A stretch of 64,000 nt of DNA from Corallochytrium limacisporum Hawaii. Taxonomy: Eukaryota > Protista > Pluriformea. Shown piece after piece: positions 32,614-43,456 of this stretch (positions are counted from its first letter, which is position 1; every line of letters begins with the position of its first letter). Where the stretch lies: assembly GCA_002811645.1 (NCBI GenBank), contig PDIP01000040.1, forward strand, positions 63,123 to 127,122, given 5' to 3'. The notes beneath the pieces are model-generated. The model saw only the letters and a list, made by a program, of their open reading frames with translations, was not told where the DNA came from and did no database searches. The translations under genes and the position numbers were made by a program.

Positions 32614-33314
32614 ATCACAAGGTACGCCGTCGTACATGGTTAACACCCCCCCCCCCCGGGGGTTCTAGTATGATGGGTTTGATTAACCAATCACTTCCCG
32701 CACTAGCAAGTTATCCCGTCCATTTCACACCTACCAACGAATCTGTCATTCATTTGATACGTGGTGAAGGCAACGAACTTATGAAGTCGTGTGTGTTCCT
32801 GTGTGGTTGGTTCGTCAATGTGAACTTTTTTACCGCTATCAACATTTCTTAACCACCGTATATTACAACATATCATACTCTTTGCGACCAGTCAATCTAC
32901 TTAATAAAACACCTCCCACCCTTGTCCTTGGGGGGGTTGCTGTTTATGGACAAAACGGTGCAAAAAGAAGGGAAACACACCAGGTGCACTGGCATTTCCC
33001 CTCTCCCCCCCCCCTCTCTCTGGCCTCTCACTTTCTTAGTTTTCTTGTTTTCATCGCGCCCGCTGGACGGGAGGGGGGGGGGGAACCGTATCGGGGCGGA
33101 GTTTCCGGGGTCCAGTACTAAAGCGGCCCCCCCCCACCCCGAGGGCGGGCGTTGTTGGGTGTGGACCCTGTGGGTATTTCGGGTTGCCCCTCGAATGGAC
33201 CCGTTCCAAGGTGGTCTGCGCATGCTGTGCACAGAACACTGCATCTCGATGTTGGCAGTCGGTAACGAAACATGTGTAGACCATATGGGTAGACCATAGG
33301 GATTGCAGACAAGC

Positions 33315-34754
33315 ATGCCACTGTATCTCTGGGGGGCGGGCAACCATGGGCAGCTCGGACTGGGAGATCTTACAGACCGGGAGCGGCCTGCAGAGGTGCA
33401 GCTGGTTGCAAATCAGCTGCGTGATTTGACGCCGGACGGCTTACCATCACCGACGGCTGAGAGTTTAGGATCGGTCCCAAACGACATTTGTCAAATTACC
33501 GGCGGCGGGGCTCATACACTCTTTGTGACAACCTCGAATTGTGGGGACGTGTACGTAAGTGGCTCCCATGCTAAAGGCCAGCTCGGAGTAGGCGACTCTG
33601 TTATCCCCCTCAGGGACCCAGGGACACAAATATTTGTGAGGGTCTCAATTGGTGGTAACGAACGGATCAGAAAGATAGCGGCTGGGTGGGAGCACACTCT
33701 GGTTCTCACGACAGAAGGAAAGGTCTATGGATGGGGCCATAATGGCTTTGGGCAGCTAGGGCTCAGTGACAAATTGAAGGTGGTCTCTGTACCAGAGATC
33801 CTGCCCATTGAATCTCCGATTGTGGATATTGCCGCCGGTCTGAGGCACAGCGTTGTAGTGGATGTTCATGGGAAGGTCATGGCCGTTGGGAAGAGTGCGG
33901 CCTCTCGTGCCATGACCTGGCAAGAGGCCCAGATGCACCCACTAACGGGACTGCTGTTCCAGGATGATGGGAAGCGGTGCAGTGTCGCCGCTGAGGACAT
34001 TTCAAACAATCATTATCATCCCATGCACTTCGACCGCGTGGCCTGTGGACAACATCACGTAGTGGTGTATTCGTCCAGAGACGCCCGCCATATGGCAGTG
34101 ATGGGTAACGACCGGTTTGGCCAGTGCTGCGGTCTCTCGGGTCGCATTAGGATTTCCGGACTGGAGCAGGACGAGGCAGTCAAGTCGTCGACTGAGTACG
34201 AATTGTCAGTGGAAGAGTACGAATCAACTCGGTCGCAGTCTCTGATGCAGGCCTCTCCGAACCGTGCCAAGCGGCGGCGAATGATTCCGAAAGAGTCTGT
34301 GCCAGTCCTCACGGTGGTCCGCACTGATCCCACTGTAGACAAGATGGTGTACAACGATGTAAGATGGACTGTGAATAGCGGTTGGAGCCATCTTGTCCGG
34401 TGCGATGGCAAGACAGCGTGGACCTGGGGCCGTGGTGACTTTGGGCAGCTTGGACGGGGTCTGGACAGCGACAACGGTGGAACCCGCGCTGGGCTCGTTA
34501 ACTTCAGCCCGATGATAGTGCCAGTAACAACTGATCTGGCGGTGCAACAGAGCGTCGCCGGATCAGAACACACTCTGCTGCTTACGAATCGTGGACTCTA
34601 CGCGTGTGGTTGGAACGAGCATGGTAATTGTGGAACAGGGGACACGGCCGATGTAAGAACACCAACATTGGTAACAAATGTGGAAATCCCGGACATCTCG
34701 GTAGCTGTGATAGGTGCGGGCATGGCGACGTCAATGGCGTTTTGGCCATCATGA
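33315..34754 (+). CDS. RCC1-repeat beta-propeller protein, SERGEF/DelGEF/Ats1-like
   Basis: Multiple RCC1 repeats (WGAGNHGQLGLG, GGAHTL, GWEHTL..GWGHNGFGQLG, SGWSH..WGRGDFGQLG, GSEHTL..GWNEHGNCGTG); GWNEHG near the C-terminus is SERGEF/Ats1-like. Confidence 0.85.
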   Translation: MPLYLWGAGNHGQLGLGDLTDRERPAEVQLVANQLRDLTPDGLPSPTAESLGSVPNDICQITGGGAHTLFVTTSNCGDVYVSGSHAKGQLGVGDSVIPLRDPGTQIFVRVSIGGNERIRKIAAGWEHTLVLTTEGKVYGWGHNGFGQLGLSDKLKVVSVPEILPIESPIVDIAAGLRHSVVVDVHGKVMAVGKSAASRAMTWQEAQMHPLTGLLFQDDGKRCSVAAEDISNNHYHPMHFDRVACGQHHVVVYSSRDARHMAVMGNDRFGQCCGLSGRIRISGLEQDEAVKSSTEYELSVEEYESTRSQSLMQASPNRAKRRRMIPKESVPVLTVVRTDPTVDKMVYNDVRWTVNSGWSHLVRCDGKTAWTWGRGDFGQLGRGLDSDNGGTRAGLVNFSPMIVPVTTDLAVQQSVAGSEHTLLLTNRGLYACGWNEHGNCGTGDTADVRTPTLVTNVEIPDISVAVIGAGMATSMAFWPS

Positions 34755-34840
34755 TGCATTGGCACTCCATGGCAATATCAGAAATAGATGCTTTATAAAG
34801 ATACTCTAAATTACTTCACAATCCACTAGAACAATTCGCA

Positions 34841-35743
34841 CTATCGCTGCTTTCCGCAGGACCGACAAAAGGCATCATCCGCCATACACCTTGACCCGCA
34901 GCCAGTACACACAGCCGTCAGCTCCCACTCCGGTGTAGCAAAGCGTAAACGTCGCCGCAAACGGCGACTGAACCACAATCCAAGCCCACCCAGAACCATA
35001 AGGAACAGCTGGGTCAGTAGCAACGTGAAAAGGAACGCCCAGCGGACCATCTCCACGGTCGATGCCTTGGTCGGATCCTCGTGAGAGGGGAAGCCAAAGC
35101 GTCCGCTCCAGTGGATCCACATATCCGGTCCCACAGTCACCATGTTTACTGTAACCGGAACGGAGTCCGACGCACTAATGGTACCGTTCAGTGTCAGACA
35201 CTCACTTTCTTTTTGTTTCTTCTTCTCGACATCAAAGTCGCTGCCTTCCCCATCGGCGTCATCGGCACCGCAGACGATGGACACCTTTACTTTTGTATCC
35301 TCTTTGATATTGTACTTCATCGCTAGGCTCATGTCTTCAATGGCCGTCTTCATGGTCAATGGGGCCTCGTTTGCGTCTAAATTAATGTCAAAAGGAGCTT
35401 TATCAGTCACCATGGTGGTGTTGAAAAACTTCTCACCCTCGCCAATGCGTACAAAGTTGTGCAGATCTTTGGCGTTCATATTTACGTGTCCTCCCATCAA
35501 TTCCATGGCACCATTTGCCTCAGAATAGTTTGCCGCGAAGCCCTTACCACTCAACTGAATACCCTCTTCCAGGGTCATGTTACTGAAGCGCGCTCGGATG
35601 TCGCTAAGGGTAATGTTGTGGGCAATTTTGTCATAGAGTGCATTTTCGATAACTTTCGCACTCTCTCCGTCCTTTTCATGGTTGAAACCCAAGACAACAG
35701 TTGCCAGGAGCACAGCTTCCAGGAAGGTCAAAGAGAATTTCAT
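34841..35743 (-). CDS. Type I membrane protein with C-terminal cytoplasmic zinc ribbon
   Basis: Signal peptide MKFSLTFLEAVLLATVVLG, TM helix near C-terminus, terminal CTGCG..FCRSCG. Confidence 0.75.
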   Translation of the reverse strand: MKFSLTFLEAVLLATVVLGFNHEKDGESAKVIENALYDKIAHNITLSDIRARFSNMTLEEGIQLSGKGFAANYSEANGAMELMGGHVNMNAKDLHNFVRIGEGEKFFNTTMVTDKAPFDINLDANEAPLTMKTAIEDMSLAMKYNIKEDTKVKVSIVCGADDADGEGSDFDVEKKKQKESECLTLNGTISASDSVPVTVNMVTVGPDMWIHWSGRFGFPSHEDPTKASTVEMVRWAFLFTLLLTQLFLMVLGGLGLWFSRRLRRRLRFATPEWELTAVCTGCGSRCMADDAFCRSCGKQR

Positions 35744-35754
35744 CCTTGCTGTCA

Positions 35755-35831
35755 CTGAGAAAATGCTTTCACGACTAGCTCATATTCAAACACAGAACTG
35801 CATTTCCTACACAATAGTTCCCCTTCCTTAC
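35755..35831 (-). other. Candidate 5' UTR intron
   Basis: gag|GTAAGG donor at 35831 and attttctCAG acceptor at 35755, 11 nt before the ATG at 35743. Confidence 0.55.
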
Positions 35832-36340
35832 CTCTCTGATTCACAGTTACACTCTAAACGATCTCTACTAAATGATACAAATGCAAAGGCTCTGTGAAAA
35901 TGATGCGGTCTCATCTACCTGCTCTGAACTCCAAATCGCAAACGAAAAACAGCCAAAGTAAGTCACGGGACAAGGATCAAAAAAGCCAACGGGGGTCCAA
36001 GTAGTCAGTCACTGGACAGCCGAGGTGAGATGGGTTCGGGGGCGACTTCCGTCATTTCCCGGGTCTTCCTTCTCAACACACGGGCCGGCTGCGAAAGCGA
36101 ATTGCACGGGGAGGCACACCCCCGGATCACCGGCCGGAGGGCAAAAGAATTGGGGCTCCCTGGGTGTCGGGGCGGGGAGGGGGCCAGGGGGCCCGGAGCC
36201 CCCGGGGCGGGAGAGAGGCACTGGACCGGTTAGAGAGGAAAGGGGCGACAGCCCGAGGGGCCTGCGGCGAGCGGAGGGTGCGATCCTCTTTGTATCGTTT
36301 TGTGTATTTGCTTACTAGTACTTGGTTCTTGATCTATTAT

Positions 36341-37597
36341 CTATGTCCGTTTACCGCCAAAGCCATCACTGGTAAGCACGTTCATGATCCGTTCCAGAAG
36401 ACCCGGTCCTGTGCTGGCCCGCTGTTTGGCTTCGCGGAGCCTGGCGGCGTCCCAGTGAGGTTTGCTCTCCGGCGGAACGGGAGTTATCTTCCTAATCTTA
36501 TCCAGTTCATATTCGATGTTGTAGTGCATCTTCTGTGCCCGCAGGATTGGCACAATGAGATTGAAATGATCAATACGTTTGTTTAGATGATTGATGGAGT
36601 CCCTCATGCGCTTCTCTGCGTCCCGCCACATCATTTCGTCAATCTCGGTCTCCATGTTGCCGTAGCAGTGCCAGGAGTACTCGCATTTCTTGCGCACCCG
36701 ATCAATGGACTCGCGAATGTCCTTGTCTTGTTCAATCCATTCCGGCAAGAGACCAGCATGGTGCATTAGACCCTGCATCTTCTGTGTTGTGCGATCCACG
36801 AACGGAGACGCGCTCTTGTACTTAATCGGCTTGCCTTTACCCTTCAGATTATCAAAATCGCCTTTGGCCATGGCTTCTGTGATCATATCCTCGACCAAGC
36901 GAGTGTATCCCTTAGTTGCCTGGCGCTTGCGTACATACTCACGCGCAGAGTCCTGCTGCTGTGCCACCAAGGCCGCCTCCTCATCCCCTTGCGCGCCGTC
37001 TTTGATACTCCGCATCTTTTCCATGTCCACGACCGCGTCCACTGCCCGTTCAAAGCGCTTTTGCTGTCGGCGCTTCTGTCTCTGAAAAACCGTACCGCGA
37101 CCGACGTCCCAGTTTTCGAGGTATTGTCTGTGCTGGGGTGCGGTGTGCTTGATGTCCGGATAGTCATCTGGGTTGAATCCGGGGTCCTCAGCTTCATTCG
37201 CGTCCCGCTCTTCTATGTCCTCCACAATCAACTCGTACGCAAGTGCAATCTCTTGGAATTGAGCGTGTTCAGTTTCACCTTGCTTTTGAATGGTATCCGG
37301 GTGGTAAACTTTTGCCAGTTTGAAGTATGCTTCCCGTGCCTCCTCAAGGGAGCTGGTCTCTTGCAACCCTAAGCGTTCGTAAGCCTTTCGCACGCTCGCC
37401 GGTTTCACTGCTGATCTTGATCTCTTTCGGTGCAAATTTGAGTCGTTTTTTCTATTCTCGAACTGTTGATAGTATAGTGACCGGGCTAAGTGAGTGGGCA
37501 ACATGGGTCTACCACATCCAGCAAACTTGCTGCCTGAGACCCGTCCGCAGCGCAGACAGGTCTGCATCCCAATGAGCCGTGCCCGCAGCAAAGGCAT
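36341..37597 (-). CDS. DNAJC28: DnaJ homolog subfamily C member 28-like
   Basis: J domain with HPD; IKHTAPQHRQYL, RLVEDMITEAMAKGDFDNLKGKGKP, PEWI..K, LNKRIDHFNLIVP motifs. Confidence 0.9.
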   Translation of the reverse strand: MPLLRARLIGMQTCLRCGRVSGSKFAGCGRPMLPTHLARSLYYQQFENRKNDSNLHRKRSRSAVKPASVRKAYERLGLQETSSLEEAREAYFKLAKVYHPDTIQKQGETEHAQFQEIALAYELIVEDIEERDANEAEDPGFNPDDYPDIKHTAPQHRQYLENWDVGRGTVFQRQKRRQQKRFERAVDAVVDMEKMRSIKDGAQGDEEAALVAQQQDSAREYVRKRQATKGYTRLVEDMITEAMAKGDFDNLKGKGKPIKYKSASPFVDRTTQKMQGLMHHAGLLPEWIEQDKDIRESIDRVRKKCEYSWHCYGNMETEIDEMMWRDAEKRMRDSINHLNKRIDHFNLIVPILRAQKMHYNIEYELDKIRKITPVPPESKPHWDAARLREAKQRASTGPGLLERIMNVLTSDGFGGKRT

Positions 37598-38293
37598 CTT
37601 AGTTCTTTTCGCGCCTCTTGAGGATCAATCAACTATCATGTTACGATTTCATAAATATCCACTTACTACAACCAGCATATTGTCTCGAAGTCAATATCCA
37701 CCATGGCCGAAGTAGCCCGCTTGGGTGGCTATGAGGGTCTCAAGGCTGTCTGGAAAAAGGTCTCTCTCGACAGATTGAGACCTTCCGCGATGAAATTGAA
37801 CAAAACCCCCTTCAGATTAGGTTTTCAGTTATGTTTATCAAGAGACCCTCAGTGGCTTTGTAGAGAGGGGTTCTGTTCGTCAGCTTGTAGTCCCTCTGGT
37901 GACTTTTTCCCTGTTTGGGCGGGAAGCTGAGTTTGAAAATATCGTGCAGTAGAAATCCCATAGTCAAGGCGAAATTTGCACGGGGAAACCGGAAAGGGGA
38001 GTAAGTACGGTTGCAGCGCGGAGGTGGAGGACCTGGCAGGAAGATGTGCATAGCTCTGAGTAGTAGAGTGGTCTCATCAGGTATGCGTTCTTAGTCTCGA
38101 GCTGCAAATATCGCGCCTGTGGCCCAATGTGGTTGTAGTGTGCTTGTATACACTGGGTACTTGAGAACACCGTGTAAGGTAAGAATTGTTGAAGAACTGG
38201 CGGGATCTGAACAAGGGGATGTTCCGACAGCAAGGGCCAAGCAAACAGACGTTTCAGGTCGGGTCTATTTACGAAGCAAGTTAGCCAGAAACC

Positions 38294-41200
38294 ATGGCTG
38301 ATATCTTTGGAGACGCTACGAACAAGCCTGCCGCGGCCGCTCCGGCCAAGGCCAAGGGCAAGGGAAAGTCTGTGGAAGAAGTATACCAGAAGGTGACCCA
38401 GACCGAGCACATCTTGCTCCGCCCTGACTCCTACATTGGCAGCACTGAGCCGCATTCTGACACTATGTGGATATACGACAAGAACAAGATGCAATTCGAC
38501 CAAAGAAAGGTCACTTACACTCCCGGTCTGTACAAGATCTACGACGAAATTCTTGTCAATGCCGCTGACAATAAACAGCGGGATTCGAGCATGAACAAGA
38601 TCAAGATCGACATTGACAGGGAGAACAATACCATCAGTGTTTGGAACAACGGTCGTGGTATTCCTGTTGTAATGCACAAGACTGAAAAAATCTACGTACC
38701 TCACTTGATTTTCGGTGTTCTGCTTACGTCCTCAAACTACAACGATGGTGAGAAGAAGGTCACTGGTGGCCGCAATGGCTTTGGTGCAAAGCTTTGCAAC
38801 ATCTTCTCTACCGAATTCATCATTGAGACGTGCAGTGAAGGTAAGAAATATCGTCAGGTCTTTAGTGACAATAACAGTACACAAGGCGAAGCAAAGATTA
38901 CCAGCACCACCTCTCCGGACTATACATGCGTAACCTTCAAGCCGGACCTGAAGCGGTTCAACATGACCCAGCTTGATGAGGACATTGAAGCGCTGATGAT
39001 TCGGCGTGCATGGGATGTGGCTGCCTGTAATACTGGTGTCACTGTGTATCTGAACGGTGAAAAACTGCCCGTGAAGGGCTTCAAGGACTACGCACGCATG
39101 TATATTGAGACCCGTGGTACCGAGAACCCTATCATTCACGCCAAGCTCGGCGAACGTTGGGAGGTGGTTCTGAGCTTGAGCGAGGGGCAATTTGAGCAAA
39201 TGTCGTTTGTAAATTCCATTGCAACGACTAAAGGTATCACTCATGTCAACTACATTGCCGATCAGGTCATTAATAAGGTCCTGCCTCAGGTCAACAAGGG
39301 TGCTGCAAAGAGCGGTGCAAAGAAGGCGGGAGCCATTTCTTCCAAGCAAGTCAAGGATCATTTGTGGGTCTTCATCAACTGTTTGATCGAAAACCCGACT
39401 TTTGACTCTCAGACAAAAGAGAACATGACCTTAAAACAGCGGGATTTTGGTTCTACATGTGAGATTGATGACAAGATGGTCAAGGAGCTGTGCAAGGCTG
39501 GTCTCCTGGACATCATCAAGGCCAGTGCTGAACAGAAGCAGCGGGCCCAACTTGCCAAGAGCCACGCTGCCGCCAAGCGCACTCGTCTGATGGGTATCCC
39601 GAAGCTAGACGATGCCAATGAGGCCGGTGGTCGCAACTCCCACAAGTGCACCCTGATTCTAACCGAAGGTGACTCAGCCAAAGCTCTTGCTATCAGTGGT
39701 CTCAGTGTGGTTGGTCGGGACCATTACGGTGTGTTCCCCTTGCGTGGTAAGCTTCTGAACGTGCGTGAAGCTTCTGTCACGCAGGTGATGAACAATGCCG
39801 AAGTCAAGTACCTGACTCAGATTCTGGGTCTGAAGCATAGTGGGGGCAACAAGAAGAAAGACACTGGTGAGTTTGACATCAAGTCTTTGCGTTACGGCAG
39901 AGTTATGATCATGGCTGATCAGGATCAGGACGGTAGCCATATTAAAGGGTTGCTGATTAATTTCTTCCACCACTTCTGGCCTGGTTTGCTGAAGGTTCCG
40001 AACTTTTTGGTGCAGTTTATTACCCCCATTGTAAAGTGCACCAAGGGCCAGCAAAGCAAAATCTTCTACAACCTGCCTGAGTACCAACAATGGCGTGAAA
40101 CGATGTCTACAGGCTGGCGCATCAAGTACTACAAAGGTCTGGGTACTTCCACGCCCCAGGAAGCCAAGGAATATTTCAGGAACATGAACCATCACCAAGT
40201 TGCCTTTACATACGACGAAACCACCGACGATGAAGCTATCAATTTGGCCTTCAATAAGAAGTACATTGAGCAGCGCAAGGATTGGCTGAAGCGTTATGAG
40301 CCCGGTACGTATTTGGATTACACCGCCGGCCCGGTAACCTTTGACCGCTTTGTCAACCAGGAACTGATCCTGTTTAGCATGAGCGACAACGCTCGTTCCA
40401 TTCCGAGCGTGGTTGATGGTCTGAAGCCTGGTCAGCGAAAGATTTTGTTTGCCTGCTTCAAGCGTAACCTGAAGGATGAAGTCAAGGTTGCTCAGCTGGC
40501 TGGTTATGTTGCCGAACATTCTGCTTACCACCATGGTGAACAATCTCTGGCTGCTACCATCATTGGCATGGCCCAGAGTTTCGTCGGTGCCAACAATGTG
40601 CCGTTGCTGGAGCCCATCGGTCAATTTGGTACTCGCCTTGCTGGAGGTAAGGATGCTGCCTCTCCTCGTTATATCTTCACTAAGCTAAACCCTTTGGCTA
40701 GAATGTTGTTCCACAACGACGACGACGGCTTGCTGAATTACCTCGAAGAAGACGATCTCAGTATTGAGCCCGAGTGGTACATGCCTATCATTCCCATGGT
40801 TTTGGTAAATGGTGCTGACGGTATTGGTACCGGATGGTCCACTCAGGTACCTACCTACAATCCTCATCACGTGATTGCAAACATCCGCCGTCGCATGGAA
40901 GGTGAGGAGATGACAGACATGATCCCGTGGTATCAGGGTTTCACAGGTAATGTCGTCAAGGAGGCCAACGGAAAGTACCGCATCTTCGGTGCTGCCGCCC
41001 AGGAGGATCAGACTTTCCATATCACTGAACTGCCGGTCCGTACGTGGACTTCTAACTACAAGGAATTCCTTGAGGAGCTGGTCAACGGTGGTAAGGATGA
41101 CGACAAAAAGGCCAAGGGACCACCCATGATCTCAGACTACAAGGAGTACCATACTGACACCACGGTCCACTTTGTTGTCAACGTGACAGCCGATCAAGAA

Positions 41201-42910
41201 CGGCGCATAGAGGCCCTGGGTGCCGCCAAAGTCTTCAAACTTGACACCACGGTGAGCACCACAAACATGGTGCTCTTCGACAAGTCTGGTCGTTTGAAGC
41301 GCTACGGCAATCCGCAAGAGATCATTGAGGAATTCTATGATGAGCGCATGGTGTACTACCAGAAGCGTAAGGACCTGCTTGCGGAAAAGCTGATGGATGA
41401 GGTTAAGCGTCTGAACAACAAAGTGCGCTTCATTAAGAGTGTCGTCAACGGAGATCTGAAGATCTCCAACGTCCGCAAGAAAGACCTCGTTGCTGAGCTG
41501 CAGAATCGCAAATTTGATCTCTTCTATCCGAAGAGTGCAAAGGGCAAGAAAGATGACGTGCCTGTGGAAGACGTCAAAGACCCAGGTAAGGGCTACGATT
41601 ACTTGCTCGGCATGCCTCTCTGGAGCTTGACCAAGGAAAAGGTTGATGAACTTAACAGAAATAAGGATGAGAAGGAAGAGGAGCTCACAATTCTGCTCAA
41701 GACCTCGGCCAAGACCCTGTGGAAACGTGATCTGCAGACTTTTGAGGATGGTCTTAACAAGTGGCAGGTGGCCCAGGAGGCAGAGAACCAGCCGATGCGG
41801 AACCAACCAAGCACCAACACTACTGCTCCCGCAACTGGTAAGAAACGTGCCGGAAAATCCGCCGGTGACACACGTGAGGCTGTGGCCAAAGCACTGGAGC
41901 GTGCCGTGCCCATTGACCTGAGTGTCAAGCTCACCGTGGACTCTAAGCCCAAGACAAAACGTGAGGGTTTGAGCAAGCTTGTCGCCAAGTCCAAGGCCCT
42001 GAATGCTGACAATGGCCTAACCACAGGGGATGTCAAGCCCGAAAAGGCTACCAAAGCCACCAAGGTCAAGCTTGGTGCACCCAAGGCCGCTTCCAAGAAG
42101 CCACGACAGGACGTCTTCAACTTTGGCGGGGACTCTGATGCCAGCGACGCTGGTGCGTCAGACATGAGCGACCTGTACGACGACGATGATGACGTGGTCA
42201 AGGTAGATGACATCAGTGATGATGACTTGGACTTTGAGGCCGAGTACAAGCCGACGGCCTCCCGCTCTCGTGGAGGTGGAGCCAAGAAGATCAACTCTCA
42301 GCTTTCTGCCTTGTCCCTTGAAGATAAGACTGATGCCACAGAGGACGTCTCTGAGGACAAGGAGAACATCGCCGACGAGGTGATGGAGGTCGATGAGGAG
42401 AAGCCGAAGCCGAAGCCCAAGGCCGCTCCCAAGGCCAAGCGGGCCAAGAAGACCGTGACTATCGTCGAAAATGACGAGAAAGACGACGCCGTCATGGTTC
42501 TTGATGATGACGACGGTGATGAGTTCAAGCCTGAGAGCACCAAGCCCGCTACCAAAACAAAGAAACCCGCAGCCTCGAAGGCCAAAAAGCCGGCCGCCCC
42601 AAAGAAAAAGGCCGCTCCGAAGAAGTCTGTCGATTCTGACGGCGACGAGGACGAGTTTCAGCCCGCAGCTACTAAGACCGCTGCCGGTAAGAAGAAGCTG
42701 GGCACTAAGAAGAGTGAGCCCTTCGCCGACCTTGGCAACAGTCCTGTCAGCCCGATCAGGCCCGCTGGACGTGCGGCCGCCAAGGCCAAGAGCTTCAAAT
42801 CCATGTTCAGCGATGACGACTCCGACGACGACTGGGACCCCACCGCGGCCAAGTCGAAGGGTAAGCTGGCCACCGGTGGACTGGCTGCCCGACTGAACAG
42901 CCGCAAGTAA
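38294..42910 (+). CDS. TOP2: DNA topoisomerase II
   Basis: 1538-aa ORF; EHILLRPD, GGRNGFGAKL (GHKL), LILTEGDSAK, PLRGK, DQDQDG (TOPRIM), YKGLGTS, catalytic SPRY; acidic/basic CTD. Confidence 0.98.
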   Translation: MADIFGDATNKPAAAAPAKAKGKGKSVEEVYQKVTQTEHILLRPDSYIGSTEPHSDTMWIYDKNKMQFDQRKVTYTPGLYKIYDEILVNAADNKQRDSSMNKIKIDIDRENNTISVWNNGRGIPVVMHKTEKIYVPHLIFGVLLTSSNYNDGEKKVTGGRNGFGAKLCNIFSTEFIIETCSEGKKYRQVFSDNNSTQGEAKITSTTSPDYTCVTFKPDLKRFNMTQLDEDIEALMIRRAWDVAACNTGVTVYLNGEKLPVKGFKDYARMYIETRGTENPIIHAKLGERWEVVLSLSEGQFEQMSFVNSIATTKGITHVNYIADQVINKVLPQVNKGAAKSGAKKAGAISSKQVKDHLWVFINCLIENPTFDSQTKENMTLKQRDFGSTCEIDDKMVKELCKAGLLDIIKASAEQKQRAQLAKSHAAAKRTRLMGIPKLDDANEAGGRNSHKCTLILTEGDSAKALAISGLSVVGRDHYGVFPLRGKLLNVREASVTQVMNNAEVKYLTQILGLKHSGGNKKKDTGEFDIKSLRYGRVMIMADQDQDGSHIKGLLINFFHHFWPGLLKVPNFLVQFITPIVKCTKGQQSKIFYNLPEYQQWRETMSTGWRIKYYKGLGTSTPQEAKEYFRNMNHHQVAFTYDETTDDEAINLAFNKKYIEQRKDWLKRYEPGTYLDYTAGPVTFDRFVNQELILFSMSDNARSIPSVVDGLKPGQRKILFACFKRNLKDEVKVAQLAGYVAEHSAYHHGEQSLAATIIGMAQSFVGANNVPLLEPIGQFGTRLAGGKDAASPRYIFTKLNPLARMLFHNDDDGLLNYLEEDDLSIEPEWYMPIIPMVLVNGADGIGTGWSTQVPTYNPHHVIANIRRRMEGEEMTDMIPWYQGFTGNVVKEANGKYRIFGAAAQEDQTFHITELPVRTWTSNYKEFLEELVNGGKDDDKKAKGPPMISDYKEYHTDTTVHFVVNVTADQERRIEALGAAKVFKLDTTVSTTNMVLFDKSGRLKRYGNPQEIIEEFYDERMVYYQKRKDLLAEKLMDEVKRLNNKVRFIKSVVNGDLKISNVRKKDLVAELQNRKFDLFYPKSAKGKKDDVPVEDVKDPGKGYDYLLGMPLWSLTKEKVDELNRNKDEKEEELTILLKTSAKTLWKRDLQTFEDGLNKWQVAQEAENQPMRNQPSTNTTAPATGKKRAGKSAGDTREAVAKALERAVPIDLSVKLTVDSKPKTKREGLSKLVAKSKALNADNGLTTGDVKPEKATKATKVKLGAPKAASKKPRQDVFNFGGDSDASDAGASDMSDLYDDDDDVVKVDDISDDDLDFEAEYKPTASRSRGGGAKKINSQLSALSLEDKTDATEDVSEDKENIADEVMEVDEEKPKPKPKAAPKAKRAKKTVTIVENDEKDDAVMVLDDDDGDEFKPESTKPATKTKKPAASKAKKPAAPKKKAAPKKSVDSDGDEDEFQPAATKTAAGKKKLGTKKSEPFADLGNSPVSPIRPAGRAAAKAKSFKSMFSDDDSDDDWDPTAAKSKGKLATGGLAARLNSRK

Positions 42911-43324
42911 ACAGCAGGCAAAAACAGAACCATTTGCAAAGCACTCCAATCCTGCCCCAATGAGCCAACGGCCACGCGAGTACATGCACACAATATCCCA
43001 ATTACACATATCCAAAGTAACCCCATAGTGAGACTCCAGACTGTGTTCTGTTGAGCCCATCCACTTGTTCAGGCTAAGGTTTGCACTATATTCTGGTAAA
43101 TGCCGGGTGGGATTTGATCAGCCGTTTTCATCCGCTGTAGGAGAGCGAGAGCGGCGCTCTAAAATCAACCAATCTACTGCAAATATATAGGGAAATCAGA
43201 TGCAGACTCATTTGATAGAGTGTTCCATATATGTATACTATATTTTTTGATTCGTATTTTGTATTTCTTATGAGCCTCTGGTGCAATCCGGCTCGATCCG
43301 TGAGTTTGTGAAATACTGCGCGTC

Positions 43325-43456
43325 CAGACCCCCAGTTATGGATCGAAAGTCCGGAGACCCCTCTGCCTAAGTGGGTGTCTCAAGACAGATTACTACCCAC
43401 ACTCCCGTTCCTGTTTGCAAAAGCGGCCATTCAGACCCCGACTTAAGGATCGAAAG
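43325..43456 (+). repeat. 25-nt imperfect direct repeat (two copies, 107 nt apart)
   Basis: cagacccccagttatggatcgaaag (43325-43349) vs cagaccccgacttaaggatcgaaag (43432-43456), 22/25 identical. Confidence 0.7.

Noticed and set aside
37964-43060. Long antisense ORFs over TOP2 (similarly over H3, IVD and the GT61 gene)
   Set aside because: Expected shadows of strong codon bias on the sense strand; no protein-like features
43345-43446. GAAAGTCCGG ... CAGACCCCGACTTA resembling RNase P/MRP P4 strands
   Set aside because: Only about 80 nt apart, too short for RNase P/MRP; better explained by the local direct repeat
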